A stretch of DNA of 24,000 bases from Algoriphagus jejuensis (GTDB taxonomy: Bacteria > Bacteroidota > Bacteroidia > Cytophagales > Cyclobacteriaceae), in the NCBI RefSeq assembly GCF_039523455.1, contig NZ_BAAAFI010000040.1:1-24000 (forward strand), written 5' to 3'. The position numbers and the translations under genes are program-made. This document shows, one piece after another, positions 1 to 8,006 of this stretch; within the stretch, counting starts at the first letter, position 1, and every line of letters starts with the position of its first letter. The notes beneath the pieces were generated by a model that was not told the origin of the DNA, did not search any database, and saw nothing but the letters and a program-made list of their open reading frames with translations.

Positions 1-53
1 ATTTTCTTCGTGTGGTCATCACAGTAAATTTAAGGGGTTAATCATAACTTAAT

Positions 54-763
54 TTACTGTCCCGTTTTTGGGGGAATGCTCACAATTCTCTTTTGTTCTA
101 GCCTCCCTTGTTCGGAAAGAAATTCAAATGTTAACGCTCTATCGGTTTTTTGGATGTTTTTGAACAAGTCAGTCAATTGTAGAACTTGATTTTCTCTAAT
201 GGAATTGTCGATTTGATTGACATGAAATTCCAAACTGTAAATCTTTTCTGTCGAATGATTCAAAAGCGCCAGAGAAGTGAAACTGCTATCGGAAAAGTAA
301 AGTAAATAGTTCTTTTCTAGGTCGCCCCAAACAAATTGATCCTGTGAAATTCTGTTTATTTCCTTTCCTGACTCTTTGCTGATGAATATGATGTCTGGCG
401 AAGCGCAACAACCACTAATCCATTTGTATTGAAACAAGAGGTAGTTTGGATACTCTTTTAGAAAACCAAGTCCTGTCCTTTCGCATCCGTAAACTGTTTC
501 ATTTTCGCAGGATTTCAAAACCACTTTTTCATTGTTTTCAAAGTCAGCCAAGCAGAATCACAGTTCCATTGCCAATACAGGCGGGAGCCATTCTGAAAAC
601 GTTGGTAATCACATTCGTAATGGTTTTCTTCAGCGATCTCAGCTTTGTCACAGGAGCATTCCAATTCTTGTGAAAATGCCTGAAAGGATATTGAAATTAG
701 TGTGAATATGAAAATTGCTGATTGCATTGAAAATGTAATAGGAAGCAGATTTGACTTCCACAT
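54..763 (-). pseudogene. Secreted hypothetical protein split across two frames (N-terminal part in ORF 515..847, C-terminal part in ORF 54..551)
   Basis: N-terminal part has a signal peptide (MQSAIFIFTLISISFQAFSQ) and Cys-rich ELECSCDKAEIAEENHYECDY...WQWNCDSAW, then runs into a stop. The -1 frame continues ADFENNEKVVLKSCENETVYGCERTGLGF. A single base change near 548-551 would fuse them. Start could be 763 or 727. Confidence 0.6.
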
Positions 764-797
764 TTCATACTTAGTATAAATTCTTTCTGTTGTAACG

Positions 798-820
798 CTT
801 CGGAATTGCAAATTCCGAAG
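798..820. repeat. Small perfect palindrome CTTCGGAATT-GCA-AATTCCGAAG
   Basis: 10-bp perfect arms around a 3-nt GCA loop; near-identical copy at 6276-6298. Confidence 0.75.
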
Positions 821-857
821 AACAGCGAAGAGCGGGAACCTCAACATCAGGCTTTGC

Positions 858-892
858 CAATCTCAAATCTCAAACCTCGAATCCCAAATCCT
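858..892. repeat. Degenerate heptamer tandem array, 5 units
   Basis: CAATCTC AAATCTC AAACCTC GAATCCC AAATCCT, read directly. Confidence 0.8.
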
Positions 893-895
893 CCT

Positions 896-2077
896 TCACT
901 CATAAATCAAATACTTCTCCCGCATCACCTTGTACCCATCCAGTCCGGCTTTCCAGCTTTCGCGGATTTCGGATTCGGTCTTTCCGGCCAGGATCTGCTT
1001 TTTCAGTTCATCGGTGCCCACTAGGGTGTTGAAGTAGTTGTTGAAAAACTTCTCCTTCATGCCTGACTTTGTGTACGCATCCAGAAGATAGCTCAAGGTG
1101 AAGTGATGATCCATAGCTTCCCCTCTGAGATCCACACCGTAGCAGAGCTTGTCCTGAAGCGGAGGAGTCTTGGACATGCCGTCTATGCTGACGGGGGTGA
1201 AGGTGAAGTCGCCAAACTTGGGATCAGGGTAGCCATAAACCTGGAAAGGAAAATAAGTGCCTCGACCAAGCGACACCACCGTGCCCTCAAAGAGGCAGGT
1301 ACTTGGATAGAGTTTGATAGCCAAGTCTGTGGGGAGGTTTGGAGATGGTTTTACCGGGAGGGCATAGGGATCGGCGTGGTTCCAGTTGGTGGCGGGAATG
1401 ACTTCCAAGTCTACGCTGAGGCCTCCTTTAAGCCATTTTTCACCATTGATCATCTGGGCCAGTTCGCCTACAGTCAGGCCATGAACGATGGGGATGTTGT
1501 GCATGCCCACGAAAGATTCGAAGCCGGGCTTTAACATCGGCCCGTCGATATAGCCTCCATTGGGGTTGGGACGGTCAAATATGATGACCTTTTTCCCTTG
1601 CTCGGCACAGGCCTCCATCACGTAGTGCATGGTGCTGATGTAGGTAAAAAAGCGCGTGCCTACGTCCTGAAGGTCGAAGATCACGACATCGAGATCGGCA
1701 ATCTGGGCAGCGCTCGGTTTCTTGTTGTTGCCATAAAGCGATACGATCGGCAAACCGGTCTTTTGATCTACGCTGTTGTCCACCTTTTCGCCCGCATCGG
1801 CCGTGCCACGAAAGCCATGCTCGGGCACAAAGACCTTTTTCACCGCGATGCCTTTCTCAAGCAGAAAATCCACCACATGTTGGTTGGCCGACTGGGGCAG
1901 GATGCTGGTTTGGTTGCCGACGAAACCGACCTTTTTCCCCTCTAGCAAAGGAAGGTAGAGATCCGCACGCTCGGCCCCGGTGAGAATAGTCTGCTGTGCT
2001 AGTGCCAAATGCTCCGTGCAAAGGCCAAGTGAAAACGCCAAAAAGTAAATCAGGAATGAATTTTTCGTTTGCTTCAT
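896..2077 (-). CDS. DUF1343 family protein (NamZ-type exo-beta-N-acetylmuramidase), secreted
   Basis: Signal peptide; VGFVGNQTSIL, VFVPEHGFRGTADAGE, LPIVSLYG, VVIFDLQDVGTRFFTYISTM, IIFDRPNPNGG are typical of DUF1343. Confidence 0.9.
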   Translation of the reverse strand: MKQTKNSFLIYFLAFSLGLCTEHLALAQQTILTGAERADLYLPLLEGKKVGFVGNQTSILPQSANQHVVDFLLEKGIAVKKVFVPEHGFRGTADAGEKVDNSVDQKTGLPIVSLYGNNKKPSAAQIADLDVVIFDLQDVGTRFFTYISTMHYVMEACAEQGKKVIIFDRPNPNGGYIDGPMLKPGFESFVGMHNIPIVHGLTVGELAQMINGEKWLKGGLSVDLEVIPATNWNHADPYALPVKPSPNLPTDLAIKLYPSTCLFEGTVVSLGRGTYFPFQVYGYPDPKFGDFTFTPVSIDGMSKTPPLQDKLCYGVDLRGEAMDHHFTLSYLLDAYTKSGMKEKFFNNYFNTLVGTDELKKQILAGKTESEIRESWKAGLDGYKVMREKYLIYE

Positions 2078-2117
2078 GCTATTTTGCGGGGATTTCGAGC
2101 CAAATTAATACAAGCCC

Positions 2118-3335
2118 TTGAACCTTTCCTATTTCATTGCCAAAAGAATCAGTTTCAAGCAGGCCGGAGGTTTTTCTGGCACCATCCACCGGATTGCGGT
2201 AGGGAGTCTGGCTTTGGGCCTTGGGGTTTCGATCCTCGCGTTTATGGTGCTGGGCGGTTTTCAGGATACGGTTTCGGAGCGGGTTTTCGGATTCACAGGG
2301 CACTATCAGGTTCAGCGTTTTCAGATGAGCAATGCCTTCGAAGAGGTTCCTTTTTCGCTCAATTCCGAATTTTCCCAAAACACCGAAAAACTTCCTTTTC
2401 TGACACGGACGCAGACTTTTGCCCACAAAGCGGCACTGCTCAAGGGTGACGAAGAAGTAGAAGGGATTCTCATGAAGGGCGTGGGGAAAGACTTTGATAC
2501 CTTGGCTTTTGCGCAATACCTCGTCGAGGGGAGGATGATTCATTTGCCTGATTCTGGAGTGAGCAACGAGGTGATGCTCAGTAGCCTGATCGCCAACAAG
2601 CTGACTCTGGAGGTAGGGGATAAGGTCACGATGTACTTTGTCCAAAACCCTCCCCGATTCAGGAGGGTAGAGGTCGTGGGAATCTTCGAAACTTACCTCG
2701 AAAACTTTGACGAAAAGATCGTGGTGGGCGAGCTTCAGACGATTCGAAACCTGAATGGCTGGACAGTGGATCAGGTCGGCGGGCTGGAGATTTTCGTAGA
2801 TAATCCCAAGAAAACAGAGAACTATTTTCCCCTGATCGAAGATGAACTGGATCTTGACCTAAAGCTTGTAGATAGTCGGAAGAGGTTTTTGGAGATTTTT
2901 GACTGGCTGACCCTGCTGGATACCAACGTGATTGTTTTCGTGTCCCTCATCGGTTTTGTCGCAATTTTTAACATGGGTGCCATCCTTTTTATCCTGATTA
3001 TGGAGCGCACGCAGATGATTGGATTACTGAAAGCGATGGGAGCGAGAAACTCGCAGATTCGAAAAATATTCTTTTGGAACGGAATGAAAATCCTTGGAAG
3101 GGGCTTGGTCTTGGGTAATCTGATCGGTCTGGGAATCGGATTTTTGCAATATCAATTCAGATTGGTTCCGCTCGACGCGGCGAGTTACTACATGAGCTAT
3201 GTGCCGATTGAGTGGAATTGGCCTGTGTTTGTGGCGCTGAATATCGGTATAGCATTGTTGACCTCGCTGGTCTTATGGATTCCGGTGATGGTGATTTCGA
3301 GGGTTGATCCGATTAAATCGATCCGCTTTGATTGA
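2118..3335 (+). CDS. ABC transporter permease, FtsX/LolC/LolE-like
   Basis: N-terminal MNLSYFIAKRISF, MacB/FtsX-like periplasmic domain, C-terminal multi-TM with IMERTQMIGLLKAMGARNSQIRKIF and final VDPIKSIRFD. TTG start codon. Confidence 0.85.
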   Translation: MNLSYFIAKRISFKQAGGFSGTIHRIAVGSLALGLGVSILAFMVLGGFQDTVSERVFGFTGHYQVQRFQMSNAFEEVPFSLNSEFSQNTEKLPFLTRTQTFAHKAALLKGDEEVEGILMKGVGKDFDTLAFAQYLVEGRMIHLPDSGVSNEVMLSSLIANKLTLEVGDKVTMYFVQNPPRFRRVEVVGIFETYLENFDEKIVVGELQTIRNLNGWTVDQVGGLEIFVDNPKKTENYFPLIEDELDLDLKLVDSRKRFLEIFDWLTLLDTNVIVFVSLIGFVAIFNMGAILFILIMERTQMIGLLKAMGARNSQIRKIFFWNGMKILGRGLVLGNLIGLGIGFLQYQFRLVPLDAASYYMSYVPIEWNWPVFVALNIGIALLTSLVLWIPVMVISRVDPIKSIRFD

Positions 3336-4065
3336 GTTTGTAGGGGGAAAATATACTTTTGATTTTCATCCAAATCACGCCCAAAACGGCCTCTTTGAAG
3401 ATTTTCGAACTCATCTTGGAAGTGCCTTTGGTACGGTCGGTGAATATGATCGGGACTTCTTTGACTTTGAATCCAAGCTTCCAAGTGGTAAACTTCATCT
3501 CAATCTGGAATGCATAGCCGATAAATTTGATTTCATCCAATTTGATCCCTTCGAGTACGCTTCGATGATAGCATTTAAAGCCAGCCGTCGCGTCTTTGAC
3601 TGGAAGTCCGGTGACGAACTTGACGTATACACTTGCGAAATAGGACATCAAGACACGACCCATTGGCCAATTGACCACGTTGACGCCAGTGATGTAGCGG
3701 GAACCGATGGCTAAGTCAAAATCTCTCTCCTTTACTGCGTCGTAGAGGTGAATGAGATCTTTTGGATTGTGGGAAAAATCGCAGTCCATCTCAAAGATGA
3801 AGTCATAGGGACGCTCGAGTGCCCATTTAAACCCGGCGATGTAGGCTGTTCCTAGCCCGGATTTTCCTTTTCGCTCCAACAGGTGAAGTCGATCAGGATA
3901 ATTAGCTTGAAGGGATTTGACGATCGCTGCGGTACCGTCGGGAGAGCCGTCATCTATGACCAAAAGTTCAAAATCCCCTCTGAGTTCCATCACCGATTGC
4001 ACCATATCGCCGATGTTTTCCAGCTCATTGTAGGTGGGGATGATGACGAGTTTCCGGTTGGCCAT
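3313..4065 (-). CDS. Family 2 glycosyltransferase, polyprenol-phosphate mannosyltransferase (DPM1)-like
   Basis: MANRKLVIIPTYNELENI, LLVIDDGSPDGTA, EMDCDFSHNPKDL, GSRYITG, ATAGFKCYHRSVL. ORF track starts at 4164 but the conserved start is the Met at 4065. Confidence 0.88.
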   Translation of the reverse strand: MANRKLVIIPTYNELENIGDMVQSVMELRGDFELLVIDDGSPDGTAAIVKSLQANYPDRLHLLERKGKSGLGTAYIAGFKWALERPYDFIFEMDCDFSHNPKDLIHLYDAVKERDFDLAIGSRYITGVNVVNWPMGRVLMSYFASVYVKFVTGLPVKDATAGFKCYHRSVLEGIKLDEIKFIGYAFQIEMKFTTWKLGFKVKEVPIIFTDRTKGTSKMSSKIFKEAVLGVIWMKIKSIFSPYKLNQSGSI

Positions 4066-4080
4066 ATTGCTATCAAAGGT

Positions 4081-4088
4081 CAAAAGTA
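4081..4088 (-). promoter_or_regulatory. Candidate -7 box TACTTTTG for the GT2 gene
   Basis: Matches Bacteroidota TAnnTTTG on the minus strand 15 nt from the ATG; no clear -33 element. Confidence 0.35.
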
Positions 4089-4119
4089 AGGTTTCGGGCG
4101 GATTTTTGAAGAATGGCAA

Positions 4120-4148
4120 TTGTGAATTTTGCTTAAAAGCTAGTTTTG
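4120..4148 (+). promoter_or_regulatory. Candidate Bacteroidota promoter TTG-N18-TAGTTTTG for the ATP-grasp gene
   Basis: Perfect TAnnTTTG at 4141-4148, TTG at 4120-4122. Confidence 0.45.
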
Positions 4149-4162
4149 CATAAAAAACATCC

Positions 4163-5053
4163 ATGCCACATCAAGTTGCCATCGTCAGCTATTTGTCCGT
4201 CGGAGCCTATGATTCCAATACTGTAGATGAAGACAAAATCTTGTCCTCGATCCTGACCGAATTGGGAATTGCGCACGAAATTCGGGTATGGTCAGATTCC
4301 TCCGTTGATTGGACAGGTTACAGCTATTTGTTGATCAAATCCCCCTGGGACTATTTTGATTATTATCCCGAATTTTTGGATTGGATTAAGAAAATCAGGG
4401 CGTTGGGAATTCCAGTTTGGAATGATTTGGATACCGTCGTCTGGAACTCGAGCAAGGAGTATCTTCTTGAAATTGAAGCCAAAGGTTTTCCGGTAGTTTC
4501 CGGAATGATCTTGAAAAAAGGAAGTAAGCCCGACATATTAGAGATAGCGGAAAAAGTCAAAAGTGGCACGATCGTGGTCAAACCTTTGGTCAGCGGCGGA
4601 GCAAAAAACACGCATAAGATTCCAGTGGAAAAATGGGTGGACTTTGAAGGGAAAGTCACTCAGTTCATGCAATTTGAGGATTTTTTGGTACAGCCCTTTG
4701 TGTCAGAGGTCGCTGAGGTGGGGGAATATTCCCTGATTTTTTTCAATAAAAAGTTTTCACACGCAGTCTTGAAAACTCCGGCTAAGTCGGATTTTCGGGT
4801 ACAGCACTATTTTGGAGGTACTATCCAAGAGATTCAGCCCAGCGTTGCGATGTTGGATTCCTGTCAAAAGCTAGTCAATGAATTTGGCTCAAAAACGCTT
4901 TATGCCCGGGTAGATGGGGTGGAGATTGGTGGCGTTTTCCATTTGATGGAGTTGGAGTTGATCGAGCCCTACCTGTTTTTGGCGTTGTCGGAAAAGGCGA
5001 TTCCAAATTATAGAGAGGCCTTGAGGGAGAGGCTTTTGGAGAATGTAGGTTGA
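4163..5053 (+). CDS. Stand-alone ATP-grasp domain protein of unknown substrate
   Basis: NDLDTVVWNSSKEYLLEIEAKGFPVVSG, IVVKPLVSGGAKNTH, FLVQPFVSEVAEVGEYSLIFFNKKFSHAVLK, LYARVDGVEIGGVFHLMELELIEPYLFL fit an ATP-grasp ligase fold. Confidence 0.85.
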   Translation: MPHQVAIVSYLSVGAYDSNTVDEDKILSSILTELGIAHEIRVWSDSSVDWTGYSYLLIKSPWDYFDYYPEFLDWIKKIRALGIPVWNDLDTVVWNSSKEYLLEIEAKGFPVVSGMILKKGSKPDILEIAEKVKSGTIVVKPLVSGGAKNTHKIPVEKWVDFEGKVTQFMQFEDFLVQPFVSEVAEVGEYSLIFFNKKFSHAVLKTPAKSDFRVQHYFGGTIQEIQPSVAMLDSCQKLVNEFGSKTLYARVDGVEIGGVFHLMELELIEPYLFLALSEKAIPNYREALRERLLENVG

Positions 5054-5068
5054 GATGCTGAGCTCTCC

Positions 5069-5085
5069 GCGATTTGCGCAATCGC
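5069..5085. repeat. Small palindrome GCGATT-TGCGC-AATCGC
   Basis: 6-bp perfect arms; core resembles the GATT-TGC-AATC elements at 6224 and 6253. Confidence 0.4.
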
Positions 5086-5215
5086 AAGGCTGGTTTCTAT
5101 GAAGTCGTCTGGCATTTCTACGCAGGGAGTTTTCTCCTATCGTCGTGATGACCTCTACCTAGCTGAGTCTACTTCGATCGTCGACATGACAGATGGCTAG
5201 ACGAGCTTATTTCCT

Positions 5216-6016
5216 TCACAAACAATACTCCTCCAAGTGACTATCTGCATAGTCACTGCCCTTTTTGGCTGCTTCTTGGATTAGCTGGCAGCCTTCCGGA
5301 TTTCCCATCTTAGCGAGGCAGATTCCTTTTCTGGCCAAGGCTTCGATATGATTGGGCTGATTTTTTAACACGAACTCAAAGTCCTCCAAGGCCCAGGGCA
5401 GGTAACCGATCTTCAACATAGCAAAGCCACGGTTATAGCGGGCGGCGAGGTTGTCCGGTTCTTTTTTGAGATAGGTGTTGAAAGAAGCCGCTGCGCCATA
5501 AATATCTCCGCGGCTTGCACGGGCCATGCCGGTATAGTAGTAGACCGGAGCAAATTCCGGATTCATCTTTTCCGCTTGCTTGAGAAAAATCTCAGCTCTG
5601 TCCCAGTTTTTGACCATCAACTGAGAACGACCGGTGAGGTAAACGATCTCAAAGTCCTCCGGTTCCAGACTTGCTGCCTTCAGGATATATAATTCTGCAT
5701 CTTGGTAAAACTCCCTTTCGAAGAGGATCTTCCCGATTGCAGCATACGCTTGTGCATAGTTGGGATCGATGTCGCGTATGCGGTTGAAGTCATCCAAGGC
5801 TTTATCGAAGTCTCCCAACTCTTCATAGCAGCGGGCTCGTATGTGTAAGGATTTTACCTCATTGACGTGAATAAACAAGCGTCGATTGATAGCCTGAATG
5901 GCCCGTTCGTATTTCCCATCCCTATACATAGCCTCGATCTGTGCGGGATCGGCTGAGCAGGAGAGCAGCAAAAACGTGCATGAGATGATCGTAGAAATAT
6001 TTAAAAATCGTTTCAT
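5216..6016 (-). CDS. TPR-repeat lipoprotein
   Basis: Lipoprotein signal MKRFLNISTIISCTFLLLSCSADP and successive TPR motifs (NYAQAYAAIGKILFEREFYQDAELYILKAASLEP, NPEFAPVYYYTGMARASRGDIYGAAASFNTYLKKEPDN). Confidence 0.9.
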   Translation of the reverse strand: MKRFLNISTIISCTFLLLSCSADPAQIEAMYRDGKYERAIQAINRRLFIHVNEVKSLHIRARCYEELGDFDKALDDFNRIRDIDPNYAQAYAAIGKILFEREFYQDAELYILKAASLEPEDFEIVYLTGRSQLMVKNWDRAEIFLKQAEKMNPEFAPVYYYTGMARASRGDIYGAAASFNTYLKKEPDNLAARYNRGFAMLKIGYLPWALEDFEFVLKNQPNHIEALARKGICLAKMGNPEGCQLIQEAAKKGSDYADSHLEEYCL

Positions 6017-6223
6017 AACGAAATAAACAAAAATACAACCGGATTGTAAAGGGGAAGGGTTAAAAATTCTGGGAGGTCAGGAGGCGGTTTCAAGCTAAGC
6101 TCAGGTGGAGGTATTTTGGATAGAATTCCCATTTCGACTCCAAGTCATTTTGAAATCCTGCTCAACATCAAAGGGGGGAGGGGGATTGGGAGAGGATTTA
6201 ATCGTTGACTCCGTCGTTCCTCG

Positions 6224-6236
6224 GGATTTGCAATCC
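6224..6236. repeat. Small palindrome GGATT-TGC-AATCC
   Basis: 5-bp arms, 3-nt loop; part of a cluster of three. Confidence 0.5.
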
Positions 6237-6252
6237 TAGGGCAGAATCTTTC

Positions 6253-6265
6253 GGATTACAAATCC
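6253..6265. repeat. Small palindrome GGATT-ACA-AATCC
   Basis: 5-bp arms, 3-nt loop; part of the same cluster. Confidence 0.45.
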
Positions 6266-6275
6266 TGAGATACAA

Positions 6276-6298
6276 CTTCGGAATTGCAGATTCCGAAG
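6276..6298. repeat. Small palindrome CTTCGGAAT-TGCAG-ATTCCGAAG
   Basis: 9-bp perfect arms; 22/23 identity with 798-820, and both are followed closely by GAGCGGG. Confidence 0.75.
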
Positions 6299-6323
6299 AG
6301 CGGGCTTTTCAACTCTCTTTTTC

Positions 6324-6360
6324 AAAAAAAAACTGCCGGAGGTTTAGCTCCGGCAGTTTT
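6324..6360 (-). terminator. Intrinsic terminator downstream of the cupin gene
   Basis: AAAACTGCCGGAG-GTTTAG-CTCCGGCAGTTTT, 13-bp perfect stem; on the minus strand it ends in a run of T. Confidence 0.85.
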
Positions 6361-6388
6361 ACAAATCGATCTTATTTTTAGGGCATTT

Positions 6389-6748
6389 TCAGATTCGATC
6401 CAGCTTCGTTTTGGTCAGTTCTGATTCAGCGTCACCCGTATTCAGGGTGCTGGCTGGCTCAAAGAGCATGACCCAGACTTCCTCTGTCGCCACAGGCCGA
6501 TGTTCGACTCCCTTCGGAACAATCAAAAACTCATTCTCTTCGATGGTCACCGTCTTGTCCCTGAATTCCATAGAAAGAGTGCCCTTTACAACAAAGAAAA
6601 GCTCGTCCTCAGCATCGTGTTTATGCCATACAAACTCGCCCTGAAGCTTAGCCAATTTGACGTGCTGGCCGTTGAGTTCGCCGACGATTTTTGGTGTCCA
6701 GTGCTCGCTGAAAAGTCCGAATTTCTCGTTTAGGTTAACTTTTTCCAT
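6389..6748 (-). CDS. Cupin domain protein
   Basis: FVWHKHDAEDELFFVVKGTLSMEFRDKTVTIEENEFLIVPKGVEHRPVA is a cupin_2 motif set. Confidence 0.9.
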   Translation of the reverse strand: MEKVNLNEKFGLFSEHWTPKIVGELNGQHVKLAKLQGEFVWHKHDAEDELFFVVKGTLSMEFRDKTVTIEENEFLIVPKGVEHRPVATEEVWVMLFEPASTLNTGDAESELTKTKLDRI

Positions 6749-6811
6749 TCTTTAAACAATAGAGGATAAATCTGTCTTACTAATCATATTCATAATCTCA
6801 TTTTGCTCGGC

Positions 6812-6839
6812 TGTGGACTGTCGTTTGTCGACCGTTGAC
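6812..6839. repeat. Degenerate heptamer tandem array, 4 units
   Basis: TGTGGAC TGTCGTT TGTCGAC CGTTGAC. Confidence 0.7.
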
Positions 6840-6844
6840 GAAAT

Positions 6845-7942
6845 TTAAAGCACTCCTTTGGTACTTGGAAGCTGGTTGATGTTACGGGGATCACGCATCA
6901 CGGCCATCTTGATCGCGCGGGCAAGTCCTTTGAAAGTTGCCTCGATCTTGTGGTGCTCGTTGTCACCTTCTACTTTGATATTGAGGTTGCACTTGGCGGT
7001 GTCGGAAAAGGACTTGAAGAAGTGGTAAAACAGCTCTGTAGGCATATCACCAACTTTTTCACGCTTGAAGTCCGCATCCCAAACCAGCCAAGGTCTTCCA
7101 CCAAAGTCGATTGCCACCTGAGCCAGGGAATCGTCCATGGCCAGTAAAAAGCCATAGCGATAGATTCCTTTTTTGTCGCCCAAAGCCTTCAAATAAGCTT
7201 CGCCCAAAGCCAAAGCCGTGTCTTCAATGGTATGGTGCTCGTCGATGTGGAGGTCGCCTTTGACCTGAATCTCCAAGTCCGTGCTACCATGCTTCCCGAG
7301 TTGCTCCAGCATGTGGTCAAAGAAATGCAGACCTGTAGAGATCTTGCAGTTTCCACTTCCATCCAGGTTCAACTTGATGTAAATGTCCGTTTCGGAAGTC
7401 TTACGGCTTACCTCCGCAGCGCGAGGCGGCATTTTGAGAAAGTCGTAGATCTCATCCCAGTCTGTCGTAGAAAGTGCCGAATCAGGGTTGGCCTCCCCGA
7501 TGAAGATGGCTTTGGAACCGAGGTTTTTCGCCAGCTGAACGTCGGTCAGGCGGTCGCCGATTACATAGGAATTAGCCAGGTCGTATTCTTCGGAAAAGTA
7601 TTGGGTAAGCAAGCCCGTGCGAGGCTTGCGGGTTGGCGCATTTTCATGCTCAAAAGTCTTGTCCACATGAATCGCCTTGAAGAAGATATTTTCCTGCTCC
7701 AGGGTTTTCAGCATCTTGTATTGCGCTGGCCAGAAGTCCTTTTCGGGAAAAGAATCCGTACCCAAGCCGTCTTGATTGGTCACCATGACCAATTCGTAGT
7801 CGGTCTCCTCCGCGATCTTGCGAAGGTTGGAGATGGCTTTGGGGAGAAATTCGAGCTTTTCCAGGCTGTCTACCTGAAAATCTGTAGGTGGCTCCTTGAT
7901 GATGGTGCCGTCACGATCTATGAATAGAACTTTCTTTTTCAT
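6845..7942 (-). CDS. hisB: Bifunctional histidinol-phosphatase / imidazoleglycerol-phosphate dehydratase
   Basis: N-terminal [22 protein letters not shown]; C-terminal [67 protein letters not shown]. Confidence 0.96.
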   Translation of the reverse strand: MKKKVLFIDRDGTIIKEPPTDFQVDSLEKLEFLPKAISNLRKIAEETDYELVMVTNQDGLGTDSFPEKDFWPAQYKMLKTLEQENIFFKAIHVDKTFEHENAPTRKPRTGLLTQYFSEEYDLANSYVIGDRLTDVQLAKNLGSKAIFIGEANPDSALSTTDWDEIYDFLKMPPRAAEVSRKTSETDIYIKLNLDGSGNCKISTGLHFFDHMLEQLGKHGSTDLEIQVKGDLHIDEHHTIEDTALALGEAYLKALGDKKGIYRYGFLLAMDDSLAQVAIDFGGRPWLVWDADFKREKVGDMPTELFYHFFKSFSDTAKCNLNIKVEGDNEHHKIEATFKGLARAIKMAVMRDPRNINQLPSTKGVL

Positions 7943-7944
7943 GT

Positions 7945-7986
7945 ACGATTTTGGATTTATGATTTACGGGCTGATTTTCAGGATTT
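7945..7986. repeat. Degenerate heptamer tandem array, about 6 units, two decayed
   Basis: ACGATTT TGGATTT ATGATTT ACGGGCT GATTTTC AGGATTT in register. Confidence 0.5.
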
Positions 7987-8006
7987 GGTTTTACCCAACC
8001 TCTGTT

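Noticed and set aside
7232-7927. 231-aa plus-strand ORF antisense to hisB
   Set aside because: Opposite strand of conserved hisB; no domain-like sequence.
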